DNA of 64,000 nucleotides from a virus. The DNA is taken from the IMG/VR virus record IMGVR_UViG_3300046001_008198, positions 1-64,000 of that record; one strand, given 5' to 3'. Made by a program: the position numbers and the translations under genes. Below, piece by piece: positions 40,372-49,387 of the stretch. The notes beneath the pieces were generated by a model, which worked only from the letters and a program-made list of their open reading frames with translations, had not been told where the DNA came from and did no database searches. The first letter of the stretch is position 1. The number at the start of each line of letters is the position of its first letter.

Positions 40372-40731
40372 TTACTTTGTTAATTGTAAATAAATATCTT
40401 TCTCCTTAGTAGATAAGGTTTCGAAAGAATAGGATTCAGGATAGATGGATTCTTTGTCATAATAAGGTTCTTCTTTTGAACCAAAATGAACAGGCTTTAA
40501 TGAAAAATGCCAAAGGACAAACTCTTTAAAATAAATCTTATCGAATTTGTCTGTAATATTTAAAAGTCTAGTCAAAGAATTTCCTCTTCCTGCATTTAAA
40601 TTATAATAGGATAATCCGTCAACATAAACATAATGTTCAATCTGAGGAATCAAACTTAGAAAGTGGTCTAGGAGCGTTCCACTTAATTCTGGGATCTTTT
40701 TTGGGCTGTTTTGGTGGATCATATCGGACAT
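40372..40731 (-). CDS. Hypothetical protein (119 aa)
   Basis: ORF; true start uncertain because of 95-nt overlap with upstream ORF. Confidence 0.6.
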   Translation of the reverse strand: MSDMIHQNSPKKIPELSGTLLDHFLSLIPQIEHYVYVDGLSYYNLNAGRGNSLTRLLNITDKFDKIYFKEFVLWHFSLKPVHFGSKEEPYYDKESIYPESYSFETLSTKEKDIYLQLTK

Positions 40732-40927
40732 TAAATATAGTGATTAATTTATTATAATCTTCCTTTATTTTTTGATTCGAGTAGTTGCATCTACGCTTAC
40801 CTTTTATAGTGAACCATCGCTTAAAATACTTTAGCTTTCTATGGCTATCGAATACATAAGTTTTGAATGTGTCTTTGATAAGTTTTGCAACTACTCGCTG
40901 CTTGAATTCTTGGTCAGTCCATTTCAT
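40637..40927 (-). CDS. Hypothetical basic protein (96 aa)
   Basis: ORF overlapping both neighbours; K/R-rich. Confidence 0.55.
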   Translation of the reverse strand: MKWTDQEFKQRVVAKLIKDTFKTYVFDSHRKLKYFKRWFTIKGKRRCNYSNQKIKEDYNKLITIFNVRYDPPKQPKKDPRIKWNAPRPLSKFDSSD

Positions 40928-41486
40928 ATTCAGAAATTAATGACGGAATTACTTCCGGGTTGACAAAATCATAACCGTCAATTTTTAATTTTGCAATCAT
41001 TCCTTTGGGGCCAAATTTTAATTTCTGTGATTTAGTAAACAACTGATCGTATTTAAAATTGTCATACCAATTACTAATCACAGATTTACCTTTGACAACT
41101 AAAACATTTGAGTTTAATTCTAAATAACGATCATTTAGGTGTAGTTTAATGACCTCCTCTGCATAGTTAATTAAAGTTGATCGAGTTACTGCTATTTTGA
41201 TTAACTGTTTGTCATATGTGTAAGGAACTTGTCTGTTACCATCGAAGATATGAAATTGAATGGTATCTACATCTCTGGATGTGTATATAGATGCCATTTT
41301 GAATGTTTTGAAATATAAATCAACTGACCAATATTCTATATTAATGCATCGGATAATGTTTATATTGAATCCCATGTTTGTGAATATTGAAATAAACTCT
41401 AAACATTTATCACGATTTTCACTTTTTGTGAATATTGTTGTGGCTTTATCAGAGTTGAAATGTTGTAATACAGATTTGAGTTTCAT
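40914..41486 (-). CDS. Hypothetical protein (190 aa)
   Basis: ORF tiling the operon. Confidence 0.7.
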   Translation of the reverse strand: MKLKSVLQHFNSDKATTIFTKSENRDKCLEFISIFTNMGFNINIIRCINIEYWSVDLYFKTFKMASIYTSRDVDTIQFHIFDGNRQVPYTYDKQLIKIAVTRSTLINYAEEVIKLHLNDRYLELNSNVLVVKGKSVISNWYDNFKYDQLFTKSQKLKFGPKGMIAKLKIDGYDFVNPEVIPSLISEYEMD

Positions 41487-41496
41487 TTGAATGTTT

Positions 41497-42234
41497 TTAA
41501 GCGGTGTATATTACTGTTTCTTGAGTGTTGATTGGATCTATTCCTTCTGAAGTAAACCATTCAGGGTTGGCAATAAATGATTGTTTATCACCCATTAATC
41601 GAATGTGTTCTTTGCGAGCGCGAATGGTGTTAATCTTTTTAGTTTTAACTTTGGTTACTGATTGTTGAAACCATTTGTTATCATTATCAGGAAAAGTTCG
41701 AAGTATAAATAAGGTTTTGTCTTTCTTTTTAACAAACTCATCATTAAAATAATGAATCTTTCTAAGGTACATGAATATTTGCTCATTGAATGCATGCACT
41801 TGAGCATCTGTTTTATTTGCAAAGAATTTGAATAAGTGTTTAGTTGGTTCTTTAGTTTTAAACATTGAGCCAATAAACTCAGTTTTACTTCTAACAATAG
41901 GTGTGGAATGTTGGGATTTAGCAAATACATTTTGTTGTGAAGGTATTATTTGTCTATAGCTCATAACAGGAATGTCATTTATACTCAATACAAAACAGTA
42001 TCCTGATCTGTGGATATAACGTCTATCCAATACAGGATCATATTCTTCGAAGAGATGAACATATTCTATTTTTATATTAGCTTTATGTTGTAGTCCTGCT
42101 AACTGTCTAAATGCTGGATAATCTGTAGAAGTAGAATTGAGATGTACTTCAGGTATGTATTGGAAGCCTGCTGTTAATAATAATTTTACGGATTCTTTGT
42201 CAATAAGTGGTATTTCATTGAATGGGATGTACAT
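41497..42234 (-). CDS. Hypothetical protein (245 aa)
   Basis: ORF tiling the operon. Confidence 0.72.
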   Translation of the reverse strand: MYIPFNEIPLIDKESVKLLLTAGFQYIPEVHLNSTSTDYPAFRQLAGLQHKANIKIEYVHLFEEYDPVLDRRYIHRSGYCFVLSINDIPVMSYRQIIPSQQNVFAKSQHSTPIVRSKTEFIGSMFKTKEPTKHLFKFFANKTDAQVHAFNEQIFMYLRKIHYFNDEFVKKKDKTLFILRTFPDNDNKWFQQSVTKVKTKKINTIRARKEHIRLMGDKQSFIANPEWFTSEGIDPINTQETVIYTA

Positions 42235-42278
42235 GATGCTTAACGTTTGATGATAGTAAAAGCAGGCTGTAACACCTA

Positions 42279-42890
42279 CTATGGTTTGTCCTGCATTTTA
42301 TAGAGGGTGAATATTTCTGGGTTGAACACGGGAATGTTTTTCAGTACGGTTTGGATATGCCACTTTCTTCTTTCTGCCGGACTCATGTTGGAAAAGGGTT
42401 TTGAGTTGTATCTGCATGGAATGAATGTTAATGGATATGTTACTGTCGAACTCCATTCTGTATCTGAGCTTCTGAAGGTTAGGATATGATTTGCCTTTAA
42501 CTTATTTAGGATGTTCTCGAACAATGCTTTTTTGATTAGTTCTACTACAATATCTCCTAGAGTATTATGACCTGATGATTCATTGAACTCTTCTGCTGGT
42601 GAAGTCCAATGTCTTATTAGATTATCTATTTCATTTAATATTTTAAGATCTATGGGATCTGCATTTCTTACAACGATTGATGACCATCCGTCTACATATG
42701 ATGCAGAAAAATCACAGGCTTGTATGTCATCGATATATAACTTGCATGTAAAGTTTACATTGTAACTGAATTCGCTGTGATGTACACTCTTGTCATATTT
42801 GACATTAGGCTTTGCAACTGACAATTTGTATTTGTTAACTACTTCCAAAAGCTCTGGCTCTAAATCGTATATGGCTCTTATAGTTTTCAT
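42279..42890 (-). CDS. Hypothetical protein (203 aa)
   Basis: ORF tiling the operon. Confidence 0.72.
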   Translation of the reverse strand: MKTIRAIYDLEPELLEVVNKYKLSVAKPNVKYDKSVHHSEFSYNVNFTCKLYIDDIQACDFSASYVDGWSSIVVRNADPIDLKILNEIDNLIRHWTSPAEEFNESSGHNTLGDIVVELIKKALFENILNKLKANHILTFRSSDTEWSSTVTYPLTFIPCRYNSKPFSNMSPAERRKWHIQTVLKNIPVFNPEIFTLYKMQDKP

Positions 42891-43231
42891 AGCTGTTTAC
42901 AATAAGTTATAAATTCTTCGGTGAATTCACCTTCGTCAGTGAGTACTTCAATAGATTCAGTTTCATCCTGACCACAGAAAAGCGGGTAAGGTTCTTTGCT
43001 GTTGTATGTAGTTTTGAATATTACTTTTTTCTTCTTAATGGAAACATCAAGATTAGAAATAGTTAAGGATCCTTCATCCAATAATTCTATTTCGAAAGGC
43101 TCATCTATTTCATCGTATCCCATTTTAACAGGAGTTCTTCCATCAAGTATTAATAGTATAAGTCTACCCATGCATTTGAGTAGTTTTCCTTCATTAAAAA
43201 GGTCACGGGGTATTACGCGGTTATAACTCAC
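42887..43231 (-). CDS. Conserved phage hypothetical protein (114 aa)
   Basis: MSYNRVIPRDLFNEGKLLKCMGRL N-terminus resembles a phage family I recall, function unknown. Confidence 0.75.
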   Translation of the reverse strand: MSYNRVIPRDLFNEGKLLKCMGRLILLILDGRTPVKMGYDEIDEPFEIELLDEGSLTISNLDVSIKKKKVIFKTTYNSKEPYPLFCGQDETESIEVLTDEGEFTEEFITYCKQL

Positions 43232-43400
43232 AGTTCTTTGTAAAATTTAAAATGTTAGTGGACCATCGATCCTTCAGTCTAGTTTCCAAAAGTCTAAGCT
43301 TTGACTTATCTGGATGTATTGTTTGTAGATTACGAGTTTTGTTTATTGCTATAGTAAGCGTGTAATCTTTTTTTATGAAATAATTTAATGGTTTTTTCAT
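43221..43400 (-). CDS. Small hypothetical protein (59 aa), not in ORF track
   Basis: Hand-translated: MKKPLNYFIKKDYTLTIAINKTRNLQTIHPDKSKLRLLETRLKDRWSTNILNFTKNCEL*; fills the gap with ATGA overlap. Confidence 0.6.
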   Translation of the reverse strand: MKKPLNYFIKKDYTLTIAINKTRNLQTIHPDKSKLRLLETRLKDRWSTNILNFTKNCEL

Positions 43401-43936
43401 AAGCTGTGATATAGTGTTAATTCTTTTAAATTTTCAATAATGAATCCTTTTAATCTGAAGTGAGCAATGTTTGCTTTTATGGTAGCAGCATCGGAAGGAA
43501 TTGGAATAAGTTTCCAGAAATCTCCTGATGCTGTAGGATGAGAAGCTTTGATTGCTCTACTGCTTAATAAATGTTTTTTTTGATGTAAATAAATCATCGC
43601 TTTGGCTATTGAAGTCCTCATAGTTTCCACAGGTTTGCCTTGATACATTCCTGTAAAAGATATAGAGTCTGCTTTTTTAGAAGCTGTTATGTAACAATTT
43701 GTATTAGTTACACCTACTTCTAATTCATAGTAACCATCCCAGTTTGATTTTATAATATAGTTATCACTTTGAAGATCGTGATTGAGTTCAAGCATTCTAA
43801 ATGAGTGTTGAAATATTTCTATGAATTCATCTATTGATACTTTAGGAAAGGTTGTGTGTTTTGCATTATTAAAATAAAGTAATGTGTTGGTGTCAGGAAG
43901 TAGTCTTACCCGTCTAATTAACCATAGATGTGTCAT
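43397..43936 (-). CDS. Hypothetical protein (179 aa)
   Basis: ORF tiling the operon. Confidence 0.7.
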   Translation of the reverse strand: MTHLWLIRRVRLLPDTNTLLYFNNAKHTTFPKVSIDEFIEIFQHSFRMLELNHDLQSDNYIIKSNWDGYYELEVGVTNTNCYITASKKADSISFTGMYQGKPVETMRTSIAKAMIYLHQKKHLLSSRAIKASHPTASGDFWKLIPIPSDAATIKANIAHFRLKGFIIENLKELTLYHSL

Positions 43937-43948
43937 AATATAAAAATT

Positions 43949-43975
43949 AAAAAAGCCCGCTGTATGGTCGCGAGC
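43949..43975 (-). terminator. Intrinsic terminator-like hairpin
   Basis: GCUCGC-9nt-GCGGGC followed by U6, 12 nt before next ATG. Confidence 0.65.
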
Positions 43976-44120
43976 ACACCCCTTTGATAAGCATTCCGTT
44001 ATGATTATTTAAGCAGTACGGTTTATACATCTTTCTGTGATACAATTCAAGGGTTCAACAAGAAAGTAGTCTGATTATCGTAACCTCTCAGGACTGAGGT
44101 GAACATTCACTGCACCCTAA
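43976..44120 (-). ncRNA. Candidate structured non-coding RNA / cis-regulatory element
   Basis: Longest ORF-free intergenic stretch outside the introns, GC-richer than flanks, several complementary segments (see findings). Confidence 0.35.
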
Positions 44121-44126
44121 CAATAT

Positions 44127-45911
44127 TTATAATTCTAAATAAAAGACTTCAGATGTTTCTGTAAGTTGTACATTAATAAATCCGTCCACTACTTGATGAG
44201 TGTATTCGGCATTCTCTTTTTTGTACAACTCTTTAATTCTTGCTTCGATACGATCAGCAAATTGATTCTTTGATGCTTCGATAACTGGTTCAGAAATTTC
44301 CATGAAGTCAACACCTTCGATTGTTGGTGTAGCTACATTTTGTTGAACAGCATTTAATAATGCTAAATCACTTTCATCTAATTGCATAATAGGAGCATCT
44401 CCTGCAGCAGCTGTTAATTCAGCCATGATATCTACAGACATTTCTGGAGTTGCTTCAACAGCAGGTGTTTCAGTTGATGACATTCTTTCTCTTGCTTCTT
44501 GGCAAGCCATGATAATGTTTTCTGTAGACATTGTTTCATGGGGAAGAGATTGGAATAATTCTAAAAAGTCTGCTTCAGCCAAAAGTCTTTCTGACGGTTC
44601 TGTAGTTACGACAGTCCCAACACTTTCCTGAACTTCTACTTCTACAGTCTTCTTTCTTTTCGGCTTTTCAGCAGTATCTGGAGCCATTGATGTAATCCAA
44701 TTCTCACAAAGAGTTTGATTGAAAGCTATGGATTCCATTTCTTTAAACTGTTCACCTGCATATTGGTATATCAATGCAGGACTATGCTTAGTTGTGTCAA
44801 GCATGTGATCAACAAAAGCTTCTGAAGTTATTGTTGACGTAGCAGGAGCTTCTTCTTCTTTAGAGAATTCAATTACTAACTCACTGTCTTCTGCATCAAC
44901 AACTTCTTCTTCTCCAAGGTTATGATCAATTTCTAAACCTTCTGCAAATCCTGATTGTTCTACTTCAGGTTCTCCTTCAATTTCAGCTACTCTTTCAAGA
45001 TACTCTTGATCGCTTTCAACATGAGCTTCAACTTCATATTTAAAACCTTCTTCTGTTTCAACTGGTTCTGTAACAACTTTTAGTTGCATTTCAGTTTCAA
45101 CTTCATTGTTTTCCAATACAAGTTCAAAAGCATCTTGGTGTACAGTATCTTCTTCTGCTATTTCTAATTCGAACTTAGGAAGAGTTAATTCAGTCGGTAC
45201 ATAATTAGCTACTTCAAGCATAACTGACATGTGTATACGTTGCTGACATACTTGCCATAATCCCATACCTGCATCTTGAATACCAAACATTAGGTATTTA
45301 TACAAGCCCCATAGAGTATCGCGATCCGTGTATTCAAACATAGGTTTCTTTCTTTCTCGGAATACAGCAACTGCTTGAGTTTGATTTAGGAATTCTTTCT
45401 CAAAGAATAATCTTCCCATAATGATTCCATACAACTGATCAGTTAAAGGAATTTTCAACATCTCATTTTTCTCATCAATGATTGATTGGAAATGGTCAGC
45501 CGCTTGAGAACATAAGTCTTTGATTGTTTCTTCAGCTTCATCGAAGGCTGTTCCTGTATGCTTGCGTAACCACTTAGCACCTGTAGAACCAATCATGGTA
45601 GTTTGGTTATCGTAAATCATTCCTGCAATAGCACAGCCAAACTTTACTTTCTTGTTGTAAGAGTTCTGCCAGTGGAAAACCATTCCCATTTGAGGGTCGG
45701 TTAGATTTTGAATAAAGAATTCTCCTTCAGCTACATCACCTTGATCTCCTTCAAAGAAAGATTCCGAAGTTATTTCGAAATTATTTGCTGCAAGTTCACG
45801 GCGAATTGTATCGATTACAAAACCGTGAGGGATTACAGTATAGGTATCTGTTGCCACAGGTAATGTGGTATTTCTTAAATAAGCTTCTGATATTGATATT
45901 TGTGCTTTCAT
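44127..45911 (-). CDS. DUF932-like domain protein with long acidic C-terminal region (594 aa)
   Basis: TYTVIPHG...NSYNK...RKHTG N-terminal pattern; E/D-rich after about residue 240. Confidence 0.65.
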   Translation of the reverse strand: MKAQISISEAYLRNTTLPVATDTYTVIPHGFVIDTIRRELAANNFEITSESFFEGDQGDVAEGEFFIQNLTDPQMGMVFHWQNSYNKKVKFGCAIAGMIYDNQTTMIGSTGAKWLRKHTGTAFDEAEETIKDLCSQAADHFQSIIDEKNEMLKIPLTDQLYGIIMGRLFFEKEFLNQTQAVAVFRERKKPMFEYTDRDTLWGLYKYLMFGIQDAGMGLWQVCQQRIHMSVMLEVANYVPTELTLPKFELEIAEEDTVHQDAFELVLENNEVETEMQLKVVTEPVETEEGFKYEVEAHVESDQEYLERVAEIEGEPEVEQSGFAEGLEIDHNLGEEEVVDAEDSELVIEFSKEEEAPATSTITSEAFVDHMLDTTKHSPALIYQYAGEQFKEMESIAFNQTLCENWITSMAPDTAEKPKRKKTVEVEVQESVGTVVTTEPSERLLAEADFLELFQSLPHETMSTENIIMACQEARERMSSTETPAVEATPEMSVDIMAELTAAAGDAPIMQLDESDLALLNAVQQNVATPTIEGVDFMEISEPVIEASKNQFADRIEARIKELYKKENAEYTHQVVDGFINVQLTETSEVFYLEL

Positions 45912-47908
45912 AAATTAAGAGTTGTTTGTGACACTAAGGCCTTTAGATTATTAATTTCTCTGTTGACTTTTTTGATATAAAAACTGTAATCGATTTGATA
46001 ATATTCGATAGGTAATGTGCTGTCTACATTGATTGCTACTTCTTCTAATGAGGAAGATGCTTCTAGTTTCAATACACCTGCAACAGTTTTAGACTTATGT
46101 ACTTTTAGGATCTTACATCCATTCTTACATGCGTAGTACCGAATGGTTTTAGGGAGGGGAAATGTTACCATTTCGTCATCCATTCCTAGATAACATTCTT
46201 TTATAAATTTCCAATCCCCTTTGGCTCGAACACCCGCGCAATAATCGTAAATGTTTTGACCTTCTTTGATTGTTTTTTCTACAGGTATACCTAGTACAAA
46301 ATAATTATACAAGGCAATACGATTTATCCTATAGGATTTGTTTTTATGCAAAGCTTTATCTACTTCGAAGCGACCTTTACATTTGGTAGCGAAGTGATAA
46401 ATCTTATCGCCAGAAACTTTAAGCAAGGGTTTCTGTTCTTCAGCTAATAAACTTTTAGCTTTCTCTAAAGGAATTTCTTTTCCTTTAAATATACCTATGT
46501 AATTATTAACATCAAATACAATAAGCCTTTGGTAATCTTCATACTCCAATTCAAGTAGAGTTTGAGCTTCCCATTCTTTACAAATCTGATCGAATAGTTC
46601 TTCATATTCCTGTGGAATTAATACTTCTCCACCGTCAGTGTTTACCATCAGTGGTCTAGCCATTGGAATACGCTCACACAGGTCTTCTAAGAGCATAACT
46701 AATGAAAGCTGTCCATTACATGTAATCTGCATTGTAAAGAAGCTGTCCTTGAGAAAGCTATTCTTTTCATTACTTAACCCATAGGTTGAGTTCAGAACAA
46801 TTTTATACATGTAGTTTAGCGGATTCTTTTTGTCATACTTCAGACGCTCATTATAAAACCATTCATATCTGTTACAAAAGATTTCATTATTGATATGTGC
46901 TGGAGCCCATCTGTTACGGATTGCGAGATTAGGATAGAAAGATTTGACATCAAAAGATTTGATAATCATTCCGTCACCTGATTTATAATCACCTCGCTTG
47001 GCTCCATGGATTCCACCTAATGCAAAAGATATAGGTAAACCTCGATAGCTGATATCATATTTGAATGTACCTTTTAGATTTTCACCATCGAGTACTAGGT
47101 TCTTGAATGTACCTAGCATTTTCTGAAGACCTTCTGTTTTGAATTTAATGTATGGAAGAATTGCTTCTTTCAAATGAATTTTAGGACGATAAGTTTTCTT
47201 GTCTTTCAGATCCCATTTGCTAATACCTAAATCTTTACTTAGTAAATCCAGAAATATTTTCTTTACCATGTCTGGCTCAGAAGAATTCTTTAGATTCAAA
47301 TTAAAAACTTTCGATAACTCTTGTCTGATTTCAACTTCTCCTTTGTTTATTTTGTAAAGTTCTAAGGTAGATAAGCAATCATTCAAACAATATTTCCTGA
47401 GATCTAAAATTTGTTCGCGTGTGAGATGATCTCCTGGTTGGCAATCCATATCCATAATATTTGGATAGTCCATATTGTATTGGATCCATTTGAGAGATGC
47501 GAACTTTTGTTGGTTGTTGTAATTATTTATTGATGCTATATCGCAATCATTGTAAAGGAGATCCTTCTTTTTATAGATAGCATAACCTTTAGTATTTTTT
47601 TGATCGAGAAGGGTTTGAACAAAAAGATAAACTTCTTCAGCCACCCTTTCTCCAGAGAGATGGAGTAAGCGCTCATAGTTACTAATGACAAATGTTGAAA
47701 CCTGCGTATCAAAATCAAGCCCGTTGAATGAAATCAATCGAGTCTTATTTTTAATTAATTGTTTTTGAAAGTGGAGGTATTCAGTAAGTTGATTTTCATA
47801 TGAAGATACTTCAAAGCTGATAACATCATCAGGTTTATCGGCATCAACATATAAGGTCAGAAAACAGTTTCGAATTGTTTCTTTATCAAATACATATTCT
47901 TTTTCCAT
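45908..47908 (-). CDS. polB: Family B DNA polymerase (666 aa)
   Basis: Exo motifs FDKET, FNGLDFD, YCLNDC; pol motifs FDVKSFYP, KIVLNSTYG, NTDG. Confidence 0.92.
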   Translation of the reverse strand: MEKEYVFDKETIRNCFLTLYVDADKPDDVISFEVSSYENQLTEYLHFQKQLIKNKTRLISFNGLDFDTQVSTFVISNYERLLHLSGERVAEEVYLFVQTLLDQKNTKGYAIYKKKDLLYNDCDIASINNYNNQQKFASLKWIQYNMDYPNIMDMDCQPGDHLTREQILDLRKYCLNDCLSTLELYKINKGEVEIRQELSKVFNLNLKNSSEPDMVKKIFLDLLSKDLGISKWDLKDKKTYRPKIHLKEAILPYIKFKTEGLQKMLGTFKNLVLDGENLKGTFKYDISYRGLPISFALGGIHGAKRGDYKSGDGMIIKSFDVKSFYPNLAIRNRWAPAHINNEIFCNRYEWFYNERLKYDKKNPLNYMYKIVLNSTYGLSNEKNSFLKDSFFTMQITCNGQLSLVMLLEDLCERIPMARPLMVNTDGGEVLIPQEYEELFDQICKEWEAQTLLELEYEDYQRLIVFDVNNYIGIFKGKEIPLEKAKSLLAEEQKPLLKVSGDKIYHFATKCKGRFEVDKALHKNKSYRINRIALYNYFVLGIPVEKTIKEGQNIYDYCAGVRAKGDWKFIKECYLGMDDEMVTFPLPKTIRYYACKNGCKILKVHKSKTVAGVLKLEASSSLEEVAINVDSTLPIEYYQIDYSFYIKKVNREINNLKALVSQTTLNL

Positions 47909-47920
47909 AAATTATTGGAT

Positions 47921-47951
47921 AAAAAAAGGAGTGCTATGATGCACCCCTTTT
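47921..47951 (-). terminator. Intrinsic terminator
   Basis: GGGGUGC-6nt-GCACUCC (one G-U) + U7. Confidence 0.75.
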
Positions 47952-47971
47952 ATTCTTTGATATATTGGAAA

Positions 47972-48379
47972 CTATAGAAATGACTTGTAGTCAGCTCTAT
48001 CAGCATTTATCGCAAACATCTCTACAAATGTAATGATGTCCTCAGCTTTTTCAATTTGGATTTCATGAAATACTTCAAACATTTTTCGCTCTTGCTTGAA
48101 TGGATGACTTACTTTGGTACGACTGTCCGTATTAGGAGTCATCATTCCTTTGTCATCTACTTTCGGCATGAAGCTGAAATGATTTTTCTTTTCTTTCAGT
48201 AAGCACGCTAAGATTTTTCTTTTAGGATCGAATACACATTCTACATAAGGGCAGTCTGTTGTAAGCGGGATTAAAGAAAAAGTTGACTGCTCTCCACTTA
48301 AAGTGGTTGAAGTAATAAGCATTGAACCTATTACAGGTAATGCTTTGGACTTGGTTGGTTTATTAGGTAACTCTGGCAT
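47972..48379 (-). CDS. Conserved hypothetical protein (135 aa)
   Basis: TFSLIPLTTDCPYVECVFDP motif; sits between a promoter element and a terminator. Confidence 0.75.
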   Translation of the reverse strand: MPELPNKPTKSKALPVIGSMLITSTTLSGEQSTFSLIPLTTDCPYVECVFDPKRKILACLLKEKKNHFSFMPKVDDKGMMTPNTDSRTKVSHPFKQERKMFEVFHEIQIEKAEDIITFVEMFAINADRADYKSFL

Positions 48380-48395
48380 ATAATTAATTTTTTTT

Positions 48396-48403
48396 CAAAT
48401 ATA
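48396..48403 (-). promoter_or_regulatory. Bacteroidota-type -7 promoter element TATATTTG
   Basis: Exact TAnnTTTG in the intergenic gap 16 nt upstream of ATG 48379; no clear -33 element. Confidence 0.5.
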
Positions 48404-48409
48404 AGAAAT

Positions 48410-49381
48410 TTATAATTCAACTTCACCTAAAGCATATTCTTTTGGTAAATTGAATTCTTGTTTTCTCAAATGCCACTGCACTGTGTCAAATGATTTATTC
48501 ATTCTACAAGTCCATTTGTGCATACTTTCTTCTGAAACTTTGAATGCGTACACATCATTGTTTTTATCACATACAAGAAAGTAAAATTCAATCTTCCATT
48601 TATCTTTAGAGTTTTTTGGAATAAGTGACTCTACTAATTTTTTGTATATAGGAGGTTGTAAAAAGTAATGATATGTATCGAAACTAAATTCCTTCCACTC
48701 TTGTAAAGTACGCTCGGTCTTCTTGAGATCTACAATTTGTAGTACACACTTTTCATAATCGACTTTTAGTCTGTCCACAATTCCTCTAAGATCGAAATCC
48801 CATTCAGGCATGTTACAAGTTACATCCATTTCATTACGACATACTTGTTTCTGATTTGTTTGTTCAAAGAAATTATGATGCGCTTTATCATAATCCAAAA
48901 CAGCATCCGCTTTGGCAGTCATGGTAGCTACCGAATCATAAGTAACAATAGGAACTTTTTTAATGTTTGCTTCCTGCAATGCTCTAAAGTAATCAATAGC
49001 TTCAGGTGTTTGAATTCTTGAAAGTTTTATAGGATCTGTCATTTTATCATACAAACCTTGCTCTTTAATCCATGCTAAAGTTTCAACATTTAATTCACCT
49101 AAGCCCACGATTCCTTTTTCAGCAACCCATTGATAGTTAAAGTACCAATCACAAAAAGCTTTTGGATTTGCACTAGGCAGTTTGGCTGACTGCATCATAA
49201 ATTTTTCATTGATGGTATCTCTTTCCAATAGTAATGCATGGAATAATTGTCCGTCTACAAAATGTTTCTGATCAACTTCTTCAATTCCTTCTATGTATTT
49301 TTTGTAAAATTCTTTAGGACTTTTAATCAATGTTGTTATCGATGAGAAGCTTAACCTTCTTCTTTTTTTTTCTGTAAGCAT
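48410..49381 (-). CDS. PD-(D/E)XK (RecB/Cas4-like) exonuclease (323 aa)
   Basis: LSFSSITTL, LRGIVDRL, IVDLKKT, Q..IY. Confidence 0.82.
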   Translation of the reverse strand: MLTEKKRRRLSFSSITTLIKSPKEFYKKYIEGIEEVDQKHFVDGQLFHALLLERDTINEKFMMQSAKLPSANPKAFCDWYFNYQWVAEKGIVGLGELNVETLAWIKEQGLYDKMTDPIKLSRIQTPEAIDYFRALQEANIKKVPIVTYDSVATMTAKADAVLDYDKAHHNFFEQTNQKQVCRNEMDVTCNMPEWDFDLRGIVDRLKVDYEKCVLQIVDLKKTERTLQEWKEFSFDTYHYFLQPPIYKKLVESLIPKNSKDKWKIEFYFLVCDKNNDVYAFKVSEESMHKWTCRMNKSFDTVQWHLRKQEFNLPKEYALGEVEL

Positions 49382-49387
49382 AGATAT

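Noticed and set aside
43990-44035. SAM-II-like segment AACCGUACUGC and pistol-like UUAAAUA
   Set aside because: The required flanking helices and 3' motifs could not be placed
44050-44120. TPP riboswitch-like words (GGGUGC...CUGAGA...ACCCUUGAA)
   Set aside because: P3 does not pair next to UGAGA and the P4/P5 half (CCUGAU...AGCGUAGG) is missing; kept only as an unassigned structured RNA candidate
48410-49381. Cas4 / CRISPR-associated role for the PD-(D/E)XK nuclease
   Set aside because: No Fe-S Cys cluster pattern, no cas genes or array; fits a phage recombination exonuclease
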